A stretch of DNA of 42,642 bases. Source: Octopus bimaculoides. Taxonomy: Eukaryota. Where the stretch lies: NCBI RefSeq assembly GCF_001194135.2, contig NC_068998.1:30247552-30290193 (forward strand). Reading direction: 5' to 3'. The notes under the pieces were generated by a model. The model did not search any database. It had not been told where the DNA came from and saw nothing but the letters and a program-made list of their open reading frames with translations. A program made the translations under genes and the position numbers. Positions 1-11,956 of the stretch are shown here, in pieces (position 1 is the stretch's first letter; each line of letters begins with the position of its first letter).

Positions 1-29
1 GACAACATACACATTTCTCTCAATCTCTA

Positions 30-1458
30 TTCATTTCTCCCCCTCTTCCTCTCTCACTCTCTCAAACATATACACGTGCAAGTGAACACAGTCATTCACA
101 TCGTGGTATATTTACAAAACATTGATGGCATAACTACAGAGTTATATCCCCCAAATTTGGAAGGTCATAACTTTCATAAAAATGAATATTTTTTTATGAA
201 ATTTTCTATGCATATATTATTTATTATGTAGATTCCGAATATACAAGAATGTTCGGTGAAACTGTTTTGGGAGGGGGGTGGGGGACAATTTTCGGAAATT
301 CCACTTAAATTCCTCTAAACTTCCAGGAAAATGAATATCTTTTCGTGAAATTTTCTACAAATATACCTTGATGTATGTACATTTCAAGCATGTAGGAATT
401 TTGAAAGAAACAACTGCAGGTTATGTTTGAGAAGTGTTCCCCACTCGGTGGTGTTTCAGAGCAAGTTGTCCATATTTGTTTCATTTTTCTCTATTATGTG
501 CGTATGTGCATCCGTACATATCTAATGAAGTAATAGGCAGTGAAGAGATGCCGTCATAAGAAAACTTATAACTACCTCTATTCCTTTCTCCCCCTCTCTC
601 TACCTCTTGCTCTCTTGCTCTCTCAAACGCATACGCGTTCAAGTACACAATCATGCAGTATAATATAACTCATGTTTGTCAATGTTTTGTAAATATACCA
701 CGATTTTCACTAGGGTGTTAGGGTTAGGGTTTTAGGGTTCAGGGTTAGGGTTACGGTTAGGGTTAGGATTAGTGTTACGGTTACGGTTTTAGGGTCAGGG
801 TTAGGGTTTTAGGGTTAGGGTTACGGTTTAGGGTAAGTGTTAGGATTAGGCTTAGGATTAAGGTTGTGTAATCGTGCTGGTGTTAATCTGAAAAATTACA
901 GATATGTGAAAAGTACCGACCCTGCCATCTATTATAACTTTTGTTCTTCTGTTTAAAATATACATAGATTATGCCTCCAAAGAAGAGAGTTTGCTGGGGA
1001 AAAACAGCAACTGGTTTAAAATGACAGCAACATTCCAGAAGCTACTTTGAACATAATGCAAAATGGTGCATCAACATCTTCTGCCCAATCTGATAGAATT
1101 CTGGCAAAACTGTGTACCAACAGATCGCCAGCAATTGCTTCATTACAAATTGCCGTCATAGCTCCTGCGAAAAGGGATTACCCTGCTATGTATAATCAGG
1201 GCAGCGCAAAAAGTTGTTTTGCACAAGCATTTCTATAGCCAATTAGACGGATGAAATTTACGTACGCTTAATAATGTTACGCAAAACAGCCTTCAGACTT
1301 TCCCTATTAATTTCATGGTCTTTTGAATTATGAACATATTTACATCATAAGGATTTTTTCGTTGTAAGGCTTTCTTTTTCAGTTGATTTTCACCTAGCAA
1401 GACTTATCGTAGATGGCGTAATAAGTCACACCCGGACAAGGTCGGGTTATACTGCTAG
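30..1458 (+). mobile_element. Non-autonomous Helitron-like element with internal degenerate TTAGGG tract (5' end not defined)
   Basis: 3' end has hairpin ACCCG-GACAAGGT-CGGGT (1430-1447), then CTAG (1455-1458) followed by T, the canonical Helitron 3' signature. The 655-1215 part recurs at ~25745-26315. Confidence 0.7.
710..865 (+). repeat. Degenerate telomere-like (TTAGGG)n tract
   Basis: Runs of ttaggg/ttacgg/ttagga/ttagtg variants read directly. Confidence 0.95.
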
Positions 1459-1469
1459 TAATAGTAAAA

Positions 1470-2530
1470 CAACTAAGTTTTCACTGTATCAACCAGACTA
1501 CAGTACCAGTCACAATACACTTCCAATTCTTTCTTGATTGCGCCATTCTTTTTCATTTAACTAAATTATCTTCCCATCACCATGGAGACCTTCTAACAAG
1601 CCATTTTTGATCTCTTGAATACCATTCAGCAACTGCACAAGTCCACCTGTTGTCTGTAAACTTTGTGACATGTCTGACCCAAGGGAACTTGTGCTTTCAG
1701 TATTCTGCATTCACACCATTCACTTTGCTCCATTCTAAAATTATCTAATTTTAAATATGCTCTTGTAATGATTTCTTACAATGGATCTTTCCTTAGCCCT
1801 TTGTACTGTAGCAAGTCAATGTACTTCCCTCTCCATAGTAGCCAATGTTTCACTGGCATATAAGAACACAGGTAGGACAATGCTATTGAAGTCTGGCACA
1901 TATTTTCTTCAGTAGACATACACCTTTACTTCCTTGATTTCAAAGCTTTTAGTTGTGTGCTACATTTTCAAACTGCATATATTTTATTTTCATGTAATTC
2001 ATTTTAAAACCTACTGCTATGCTATGGGCATCTAGCTCTGTCAGCATGATTTGCAGTTGACCTGTGGTTTCAGCAATGAGTATGATGTCATATTGGAAAT
2101 GTGTTGATATTCATAACACCTGTCCAGTCAATGTCCTTAACATGCGGTGAAATGCATTTTAGAGATGGTATTTCTTTGTTTGATGCCCTAACCACTCGGA
2201 ACTCTTACTAGTGATGATAGCAGAGCTATATCAGTGTTGCATCCAGAGTTCACATCCCTGAGCAGTTTGGAGTATTGTGCTTGAAAACCTTCCATTTCCA
2301 GAGATTTCATCTCAACACTATCAAAGAACCTTCATGTACTCAAAAAAGTGATACACTGAGGTAGCTTGTATTCTTTCACTCATTCTGTAAGCTATGTTAG
2401 AGTGAATATATGATGCATCATACTGTAGTTCTTATAGAAACCTGTTTGCTCACTCAGCTGCTGCTTGTCAAAATGTTTCAATAGTCTGATGTCTATGACC
2501 TCTAAAAACAGCTTAGAGAAGAGAGACATG
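1470..2530 (-). mobile_element. RTE-clade LINE, decayed 3' RT fragment
   Basis: Reverse-strand translation gives degenerate RT motifs: GIKQRNTIS (cf. GVRQGDTISP), HFQYDIILIA (cf. FADDIVLI), and a C-terminal VRRSPW.WEDNL (cf. GRPPTRWED). Confidence 0.75.
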
Positions 2531-2594
2531 AGGCATATGATATATACGTCACCATCATTGTTGTTTTAACATTCACTTTCCCATGCTCACATGG

Positions 2595-2860
2595 GTTATC
2601 TTTTATCTTTTACTTGTCTCAGTCATTAGACTGCAGCCATGCTGAGGCACTGCTTTGAATAATTTTTAGTCAACTGAATTAACCCCCAGAGGCAGATTTT
2701 CTTCAGTTGGATACACTACTTGTCACCAACTCTCACCAGTTTCCAAGTAAGGTAATATTTCCCCATGACATGTTTTTGTGAAGGATTAAAAGCAAAGGGC
2801 AGTGCTTGCATGATGGGGACACTCATTTACAATTATCACGCAATGTCAAAAAAAGTACAC

Positions 2861-2897
<37 letters not shown>

Positions 2898-3037
2898 TGT
2901 GTGTGCACACATACACATGATAGAATTCTTTCAGTACAATTTACCAAATACACTCAGAAGGCTTTGGCTGGCCTGAAACTATAATAAAAGGCACTTGCCC
3001 ACAGTACCATGCAGTGAGACTGAACCTAAAACCATGT
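2595..3037 (-). mobile_element. tRNA-derived SINE with internal (CA)n, 5' head truncated at the mariner
   Basis: Homologous to copies at 29801-30260 and 33253-33661 (cacttgccc...ccatgcagtg..actgaacc..aaccatgt head; cagtcatt.gactgcagccatgctg tail). Confidence 0.8.
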
Positions 3038-3040
3038 ATA

Positions 3041-4281
3041 TATTGGATCATCCCATCATCCAGTTTTTTCAATTACATGAACTAAAAGTTGAAGGGGGAT
3101 GGGATAAACTACCTGCATCAACTTGCTATAAAAGCAGGTAGTAATTTTACCTTGTCTTTATTCTTAGTGCAAGTTTTGAAGACTGTGGTTCAATCTTAAC
3201 AGTTATTTTTTCAAAGCTATAATGGAAATGACAAAGGAGCATATTCAACATATTTTGTGTTCAATAAACACAACAGTAAGTGCGAGGAATATTAATGTAG
3301 TATATGGGCGTTGGACAGTAAGCATAAGCCAGTGTCAACAGTGGTTCCAGAAATTCCAAGCCAGAAACTACAGCCTAGAAAATGAGCCTCATCCTGGATG
3401 ATCTGTAGAGCTCTTTGAGGATGCCCTGCAAACCCTGGTGGAACAAAACCCCATCATAACTGTTGAGGAACTTGCAGAGAAGCTTGGATTTGGCCATTCA
3501 ATCATTCATCAACACCTGCGTGCCTTTGGAATAGTCAGCAAATTGGGTCAATGGATTCCTCACAAACTTTCCAAGTCTAATCGCATTCAGAGTGAATGTG
3601 TGTTCTTCTTCACTGTCACGTCTCACAGATGAACTTTTTTTCAACTGAATAGTGACTTGTGACGAGAAATGGGTTCTCTATAAAAAAGTCAAGGAAAGGA
3701 GAAACACCCCAGGCTAAGGAAGGTCTTCACCCACATAAGGTGTTGTTATCTGTTTGGTGGGATATGAAAGGTTTAATCCACTTTGAACTTTGAAACCCAA
3801 ACCAAACTATAACAAAGATCTACTGCGAGCAGCTTGAGCAGCTTAAGTCAGCACTAGAAGAAAAACAACCATCTTTGGTTTCAAGACAAAAGGTGTTCTT
3901 CCATCAGGATAATGTTCAGCCACATACAGCGAGGATGACATTCCAAAGGCTGGAGTAGTTTGAATGGGAAACGATGCTCTACCCACCATATTCACCGGAC
4001 ATTGCCCTATCTGATTATCATTTATTTTGCATTCTTCAAAATCATTTGGATGGAAAAAATATGAATTCTATAGATGAGGTCAGAACAGTACCGGAGGAGT
4101 ATTTTTCATCATGGACAAGTGAATTTTAGAAGAGGGGCCTTGCAAGTCATCCAGATAGATGAAAGAGCATTGTAGAAAATTAAGGAAAGTATATTTTAGA
4201 TTAAAGAACTTTGTTTATCTTAATTTTGAAAACTAAACAAGAATCATAAAAAAGCTGCATTATTTAAGGGATGACCCAATA
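3041..4281 (+). mobile_element. Mariner (DD34D-type) transposon, near full length, disrupted transposase
   Basis: TIRs tattggatcatccc / gggatgacccaata with TA on both sides. Motifs WIPHKL, CDEKW, HQDNVQPH and PYSPDIALSDYH, interrupted by stops and frameshifts. Confidence 0.92.
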
Positions 4282-4304
4282 TATACACAGTTTTGTGTAT
4301 ATGT

Positions 4305-4640
4305 ATATGAAGAAATGGAAAGCCCCTGGTCCATCAGATATTCCCACTGAGATGCTTAAAATACATGGTTGAGTAGGATACAGCTTAATCACCTGTCTAA
4401 TAAACCAGGTTCTACAGGAAGTGGCCTGCCCAATGACCAGTGTAGCAGCATTACAGTTGGCTGTTACAAGGGTAAAAGAGATACCTTACACAGAGGTATC
4501 AAACTGCTAGACAAAATTGCAGGTCATGAAAGTTAAAATTAATTAGAAACAGAATTAGACTGGATGAGATGCAGTTTAGTTTTGCACCAGTAAGATGTAC
4601 TACTGATGCCATCTTCCTAGTGAGACAGTTGCAGGACAAG
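4305..4640 (+). mobile_element. RTE LINE fragment (start of RT)
   Basis: KAPGPSDIPTEMLK...YKGKRD...LDEMQFSF; homologous to the minus-strand copy at 10855-11160. Confidence 0.8.
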
Positions 4641-4642
4641 TA

Positions 4643-5973
4643 CAGGATACAGCAGAAAGGTTGCTCCAATTTCAATGGTTAATAAAAAACAAATACATGA
4701 AGATACAAGAAAAAACTTTGTATTTGTATGAAGTACATTAAATTCCATTGTAATTCAAGTGGTTTTGAAAACTGTATCACTTAAGTGGCAACTACCAATG
4801 TCGATGCAGTTTTGAAGCTCACCATAGCCCTTTGAACCATGTGTCGTGGAATCGCATCGATTTCCAGAGTTGTTGCTGCTTTTAAATCTTTTACAGTTGC
4901 TGGCCGGTGTTGATACACTCATGATTTGAAGAGTCCCCAAAGAAAAAAATCATGGGGTTAAATCTGGGGAATATGGGGGCCACCCAAGGTCACCTCGCAT
5001 AGAAACAAGATGACTTGGAAACATGTCACAGAGGACTCTGAGTGAACACTGAGAGATATGCAATGTGGCACCATGTTGTTGGAACCATAGATCATCTGGA
5101 TCATGATCAGCAAGTAACTGGACGACTTTTGGATGGAGAAACGTTTTGAGCAGTTCATAATAATGGTTCAATGTAACAGTTACTGTAACACCTTCCCCTT
5201 GGAAAAAATAAGGACCCCACATGCCAAAATCACCCATGACACACCAGACGGTAACCTTCACACTGTAGAGTGGTCGTTCATGGAATTCACAAGGGTTACT
5301 GTCTGACCAGTATCGGGAGTTTTGTTAACCCTCCCCGATAAATGGAAGTGCACTTCATTACTGCAGATAGAACAGCTGTTGGGAGGATGGTCTGGAGAAT
5401 GTCTCGACACAAAGTTGTGCTGGCTTCATAATACCTCTTGTTTAACTCCTGTACAACCATTATTTTGTAGGGATGCATGTGGAGAGACCTGTGTAAGAAT
5501 CTGCAGACAATTCAATCAGATATGTGTAAGACTAATGCATGTTTTTGTGCGGAATGTTTGGGAAACTGTTGTACTGAAGCTGCCACAGCTACTACATTTT
5601 CTGGCCTGTAGTGGTCCTAGGACAGCCAGGACTTATCCTGTTTAAAGCTGATGATGTTTGTCTAAAGTTGGAAACCCACCGGTATAGGATCATGACGGTA
5701 AGGGATCATCTAGTATGGGATCATGACGGCAAAATGCAAAGTGTCTTTGGAAGGGACATTCCGTTGTTATGACGGAATCACCATTCTTAACAAACTCTTC
5801 AACAACAAATGCACAATGCTCTCCACTCCAGGCCATGGTGGGTACTACTTGAAACAAAAAAAAAAGACATAGAATTTAATGAACTTCATAAAAATACAAA
5901 GATTTTTCATGCAGCTTCATGTGTTTGTTTTTTATTAACCTTTGAAAGCAGGGCAACCTTTCTGTCGCACCCT
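4643..5973 (-). mobile_element. Tc1/mariner superfamily DD41D (rosa-like) transposon, decayed
   Basis: ~105-bp TIRs (4643-4746 vs 5869-5973: cagaaaggttgc...ggttaataaaaaacaaa.acatgaag...). Transposase starts MAWSGEHCAFVVEEF and contains HPYKIMVVQEL, KVTVWC and QQ(H)GATLH...WPPYSPDLTP(CD). There are 41 residues between the 2nd and 3rd catalytic positions after restoring a 2-bp deletion. Confidence 0.85.
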
Positions 5974-6300
5974 CATCATCATTGTTGTTGTTTAACGTCT
6001 GCTTTCCATGCTGGCATGGATTGGATGGTTTGACTAGGGGCTGGCAAGCCAGAAGGCTGTACCAGGCTCCAATCTGATCTGACAAAGTTTCTACAGCTAG
6101 ATGCCCTTCCTAACACCAACCACTCCAAGAGTGTAGTGGGTACTTTTTACGTGCCACCAGCACAAGGGCCAGTCAGGTGGCACTGACAACAACCACGCTT
6201 GAATGGTGCTTTTTACGTGCTATCAGCACAGGACCAGTCAGCTGGCACTGGCATCGACCATGCTTGAATAGTGCCTTTTATGTGTCACTGGCACAGGAGC
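5974..6300 (-). mobile_element. RTE-tail SINE-like element with internal ~60-bp tandem units
   Basis: (CAT)n tail plus tttaacgtctgctttccatgctggcatgg shared with other copies; repeated ttttacgtgc..cagcac...cagtcag.tggcactg units. Confidence 0.8.
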
Positions 6301-7530
6301 AAGTATTTAGCTAAAAGTAAATCATTTTGGTAGACATTCCTTGACCTGGAGAAAGCCTTCAACAGAATTCCTTGCTTTGTGATATGTGGTTTCTGATGAA
6401 ACTAGGGGTTGACAAATGGCTTGTAAAAGCCATACAACTCTCATGTACAGGAGTGATGTCAAAGTACAGCAATGAGCTTAGAGTAACAGAGTCCTTCCTA
6501 GTCATTATTGTTCTCCTAGCCAAAACAGATGAATTTAAGCCCTTGGGAACTATTAAATGTTGATGACAACATTCTTATAATGGAATCTCTAGTAGAATTA
6601 GGGAAGGAATTCCAGGTGTGAAAGTAAAACCTGGGATCAAGTTAACTTAGCAAAGACCAAAGTTTTAGTGAGCAGGAAAACACTTAGGACTCCTTTCCTC
6701 TCACATAAATGGCTCTGCTCACTATGTAAGAGAAGTGTAGGCAGGAATTCCATACTCAGTATAAACAATGGACACACAAAGGCTTCAGTGGAATTGCAGG
6801 AAGGTTAATGGAGAAAGTAGTATTTGTATGTAGAAGATGTGCAGAAGCAATAAACACAAAGGAGATGTGAGAAATTGATTTTCTCAAATGCCCTAGGGAC
6901 TTCCTAGAGGTAGTAGATAGTTTCACCAGTCTGCTCTGTGAAGTGGTTGGCGTTTGGAAGGGCATTCAGCAGTAAAAAATTTGCCACAACTGACCTCATC
7001 TGTGCTCGTGCCAAGTAAAAAGCACTCAGCTGGATGGTTGGTGTAAGGAAGGGCATCCAGTCATAAAAACCCTGCCAAAACAGACACAGAAGACTGGTGC
7101 AAGCTCCTGCTTGACTGGCTCCTATCAAACCATCCAACCCAGCATGGAAGACAGACGTTAAACAACGATAATGATGATGATGAAGGTGACCTAATTAGCA
7201 GTAGAGGAGAGTGTTGTTCAAATATATTGCTTGAATAAGACCAGGATGGTGTCAGTTCAGAGAACTATTAATTTTGTTAGCTACTAAAGGTCTCTCTCTC
7301 AGAGTGAAAGGCAGATTGTTTGATGCTTGAATACAAACAATGCTACATAGTAGTGAGATGTGAGCTCTGAATGCAGAAGGCTTGTGAACATTAAAGAGGA
7401 ATGATGTTAGCATGCTCTGTTGGATGTGCAACATCAGACTGCATATATAGCAAAGTGCTAAGGTGTTGGGAGAAAAATTAGGCTTAAAAGAAAGTAGTGT
7501 ACAAGAGAAAAGACTGTACTGGTTTGGTCA
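6300..7530 (+). mobile_element. Decayed RTE RT fragment interrupted by a SINE-like insert
   Basis: FLDLEKAFNRIP...KLGVDKWLVKA; VNLAKTKV; after the insert, DLISSRG...LSLRVKGRLFDA. Homologous to 9720-10821. Confidence 0.8.
6930..7185 (+). mobile_element. RTE-tail SINE-like element
   Basis: ggttgg.gt..ggaagggcat.cag duplicated units; ends cagcatggaagacagacgttaaacaacgataatgatgatg. Confidence 0.8.
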
Positions 7531-8002
7531 ATCCACTATTTGTATCCTCTCTTATGTTTATCTTCTTGTACCATGAGTTTGCTCTAGCACCACCCTCCAT
7601 CACTACTACCTTTGTCTTCTGACAACTTCCATCCATTCTTATTGAATATAGGTAGTCATGTATCTCCTCTACAGCACCTTTCAACATCTGGTATAAAGCC
7701 ACTTCCCTTCATCTATTTAGTCCTCTTTCTTTTTCTCTCTTTTTTCCTTGTTTTTTGTCTTGCACCTTGCTTGGTAATCTCATCATTTATTACCTGTGAC
7801 ATGAAAAAAGCATCAAGTACACACTACAAAATGGCAGACATTAGGAAAAGCACCCAATTGTAGAAACCATGCCAGAGCTGACTGTGGAACTAGACACAAC
7901 CCTACAGTTTGCCAGATCCTGTTAAGTTGTCCAATCCATGCCAGCACAGGAAACATATATTAAATGATGATGATGATGCATAACTACACACACACACACA
8001 CA

Positions 8003-9207
8003 GAGGGTGTTTGGAAAGTAATTGCATTTTACCAGAAAGGATATATAAATGAACATAAACTATGTTTATATGAATAGTTTTAATCAAGAATGTAATTACC
8101 ATCATTTTCAATGACTGCAGCCCAATGGGAAAGTAATTTTTTTATGCTGTGTTCAAAGAAACCTATTTCTTTTCCTGAAAGAAGTTTGAAAGGCTATCTT
8201 CAACTTACCTTCTGTTTCTGAACAAATGGAAATCCATAGGTGCTAAGTCAGGTGAGTGTGTATTGGATGTGGAAAAACCTCCCGTCTTAACAATCTTATT
8301 TTTTCTTGGTTTATTTTGAAGAGTGTGGTTGTGTACTGTCATGCTGGAGAATAACACCTTTTCTGTTTAACAAAGATGGCCACTTTCAACATAATTTTTC
8401 ATTTACAGAATCAAGTTGTTGGCAATAGGCATCTGCATTGATGGTCCTTCCATGTTCCAGTGGCTTGTAATGGATGATACCTTTTATGTTCCACTAAACA
8501 CAGAGTTAGGATTTTTGCAGAAGAAATTCCGGTTTTGATGTCGGCCTCTCATTACATGACAACTATTGTCTTTTTTGTTTTGTGTTGTGATCAAAACCCA
8601 TTTTTCATCACCTGTAACAATGTGCTGCAGAAACGACAGGTTTTTATTCTTGGCTAGAACATTGCTGCAGATGTATTTGGTTTTCAAGCATAAGCTCATG
8701 TGGAACCCAAATAGCCTCTTTGCATGTTTTCCCACTTTGCTTGAGATGTTCATGGATAGTTGAACATGACACATTAAATTTTTGCACCAAATCTCTGATG
8801 CTTTGACATGGACCTGATACAATAGTCTCATTCAAAGTGGGTTGTCTTCTAGAGCGAGGCTTGTCAGATATGTCACAATCGCCATCATTAAACCTTTTAA
8901 ACCACAGGTGAAATGTATAAGCTTTCACTGCATCTGGATACACTTCACAAATGTTTTTCATTGCTTCTTTAGCAGTACCTTCCTTTCAAAACTCATACAG
9001 TGAGCAATGGCGAATATGTTGTTTCATAAAGTTCTTATCCTACATGGGGTTAATTACCGAAATAACTATGAATGACACATTTCCAGATAAAAGAGATGAT
9101 ATACTATTTCTAGAAAAGTTCCTGCCCATTCGACCTTGGCTCTGATGTGATTGGTTGATTCATATTTCATAGTGGTGAAAAACACAATTACTTTCTGAAT
9201 ACACTAA
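8003..9207 (-). mobile_element. Mariner transposon, decayed
   Basis: Imperfect TIRs (gtgtttggaaagtaattgcatttt vs reverse complement gtgtattcagaaagtaattgtgtttt). Motifs IWVPHEL, IVTGDEKW, LQHDSTQPH and SPDLAPMDFHLF. Confidence 0.88.
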
Positions 9208-9274
9208 TGCACACACACACACACACGTATTTAGACAATTCATTTTTAAGAAGTATCCTTTAGACAACAGTAGT

Positions 9275-11581
9275 CATCATCATCATCATCGTCATTTAAT
9301 GTCCACTTTCCATGCTGGCATGGGTTGGACAGTTTGACTGAGAACTGGCAAACTGGGAGGCTGCACCAGACTCGTCTGATTTGGCAAAGTTTCTACAGTT
9401 GGATGCCCTTCCTAACGCCAACCACTCTGAGAGTGTTGGGTGCTTTTATGTGCCACAAGCATAGGTGCCAGTCAGGCTGTACTGTCATCAGTCACAACTA
9501 TGATTTCACTCAGTTCAACAGCATATTGCCCAACAATTGCAGGGTGCTTTTTCTAAATAGGCCAGTTATGCAACACCGGCATCGGCCACAAGTATGATTT
9601 TACTTGGCTTGCTGGGTCTTCTCAATCACTGCATAAGTCTCGGTCACTCATCATTCCTCAGTGAGACCCAACATTTGAAAGTTGTCTTTCACACCTCATC
9701 CCATGTCTTCCTGGATCTACCTGTTCCACAGGTTCCCCTCCACTGTTAGGGTGTGACACTTGTTCACACAGCTATCCTCGTCTACATGCATCCCATGACC
9801 ATACCAGAGCAGTTGTCTCTCCTGCACACCACATCTGATGCTTCTTATGTCCAACTTTTCTCTCAGGGTGCTTACACTCTGTCGCATATGCACACTGACA
9901 TTACACATCCAGCAGAGCATATTAGTTTCATTTCTTTCAAGCCTACACGTCCTCAGCAGTCACAGCCTATGTTTCACTGCCATGTAGCATGGCTGTTCAC
10001 ACACAGACATCATACAGTCTACCTTTCACTCTGAGCAAGAGGCTCTTTGTTACCAGCAGAGGTAGGAGCTCTCTGAACTTTGCCCAGGCTATTCTTATTC
10101 TAGCAGCTATGCTCTCAGAGCATCCACCCCTACTACTGACTTGGTCACCTAGATAACAGAAGCTATCAACTACTTCTAGTTTCTTCCCCGGCATGCAATG
10201 GAATCTGTTTTCTGTACATTTCCAGTGCTTATTGCACCTTTGCATCTGCCACACACAAAAACTATCTTCCCAGTTAACCTTCCTTTGATATCGCTGCACC
10301 TCTTGTGTCCATAGCTTACACTGGGTACATTTTGTGGAGTTTCTACCTACACCTTTTCTACAGATCAAACAGGGCCATCTACCTGAAGGGATTTGTGATT
10401 TGTCCACCTTCCTACTTACTAAGACTTAAGTTTTTGCTAGGTTAACTCTAAGGCCCTTTGATTCTTGACCTTGCTTCCACACCTGAAACTTCTTCTCTAG
10501 TTCCGGTAGTAACTCAGCTATAAGAGTAAGGTCATCAGCATAGTGGAGCTCCCAGGGGCATCCTGTCTTGAATTCCTCTGTCATTGCTTGGAGGATTATG
10601 ATGAACAAGAGGAGGCTGAGGACTGATCCTTGATGTATCCCTACTTGTACCTGGAATTCTTTGCTATTCTCATTGCCAACATTCACCTTACTAACAGCAC
10701 CCCTGTACATGGCTTGTACAGCTTTTACCAACCACTCATCTATCCCTAGTTTCCACACTGACCACCAGATAATTGATCGGGGAACCTTGTCAAAGGCTTT
10801 CTCTATGTCAACAAAAGCCAAGTACAGAGGTTTATCTTTGGCTAGGAATTTCTCCTACAGCTGTCTTACCAGAAATATAGCACCAGTGTTGCTTCTCCCT
10901 GGTACAAACCCAAACTGCATCTCATCTAGACTAACTTTCTCCCTAATTAGTTGGGATATGACCCTCTCTGTGTCTTTCATCACCTGATCTAACAATTTGA
11001 TACTTCTGTAATTATTTCTATCTAAAGCATCACCTTTACCTTTGAAACAGTTGACTAGACTATAGCCTACACTGCCAGATATTTTAAGCATCTCAGCAGT
11101 GATTCCTGATGGGTCAGGGGCTTTCCTTGTCTCCATGCCCTTCATTACTTTATCTACCAAGGTACTGCCAATTTAGATAGCTGGTCTCTTAGTTGGGTCA
11201 ACATTTGGCAAACTCTCTTTCTCCCATTCATTCTCTTCATTTAGCAACTTTTCATAGTGGTATCTCTAAGTCTCTCTTTGCAGCATCATTAAATGCAAGT
11301 GTAGCATCATCTATGCGGACACATTTCTCTCCTATGACATCACAATTTTCTCTCACACACTGTCTTGCAATTTGAAATACTTCAAGTCTCTGGTCCTCAC
11401 GACACAGAACATTGGTAAATTTCTTCTTATCTGCTGCCCCTCTGGCTAAGTAAACCCCTCTACTAGCTTCCCTTCTGACGATCTGATACAGTTCTCTGCT
11501 ACCACCACACCTCCAGTCCTTCCATGCCTGTTTCTTTTCCCCAGTGGCTCTGTCAACTACATTGTTCCACCACCATGTCAC
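9275..11581 (-). mobile_element. 5'-truncated RTE LINE with RT, Cys-rich finger, 3' UTR and (ATG)n tail
   Basis: ORF pieces with KAPDPSGITAEMLK, FVDIEKAFDKVPR, GIHQGSVLSLLLF, HYADDLTL, WPCLICRKGVGRNSTKCTQC and LLRVKGRLYD, continuing into the 3' UTR and tail at 9275-9340. Confidence 0.93.
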
Positions 11582-11794
11582 CTTGAATGAGTAGTGTTAT
11601 TTATTAATATTTATCTGCATATGCATGGCTTAACCACAAGACAGATTATATTAAAGTAACAAATATCTACAATGCAAATCATTACATAATACAGTCCTTC
11701 ATACCCATTAAAAAGATGGGATGACTACAATAAGAATTTTTTTGGTCATAGATCTGCTCAGTCAGGGTTGATCAAGAGCTAAACAACAACTTAC

Positions 11795-11956
11795 CAACAA
11801 ACATTGAAGAATTGAGGATAGCAACATTAAACTCAGAAATATTGAAGTCACATGTTGTAGAGGGTAACACAAAGGAAAGAGACATAATCTCTATTGCATC
11901 ACTGGATACAGCCCAACCACAGATGAAAGTCAACAGATAATTGAATATACCATTTC
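11795..11956 (-). CDS. SV2: Exon of an SV2-like (synaptic vesicle glycoprotein 2 family) MFS transporter, TM1 region
   Basis: 162-bp exon with acceptor ttctttcttcttttcag and donor gtaagt, phase 1-1. Translates (G)NGIFNYLLTFICGWAVSSDAIEIMSLSFVLPSTTCDFNISEFNVAILNSSMFV(G), matching the SV2-family G.G.F..LL...CGWA..SDA.E.....F.LP...CD pattern. Exact paralogue not assignable. Confidence 0.88.

Noticed and set aside
710-865. True telomere or chromosome-fusion scar
   Set aside because: The tract is short and degenerate and sits in identical flanks at two loci, so it is element-borne.
5648-5675. CTGATGA...GAAAC as another hammerhead
   Set aside because: There is no convincing stem II or stem I, and it lies antisense within the DD41D transposase coding region.
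5974-6300. CRISPR-like repeat-spacer array (also 16438-16632)
   Set aside because: These are whole-unit imperfect tandem duplications inside retroelement UTRs, with no unique spacers or cas genes, in a eukaryotic context.
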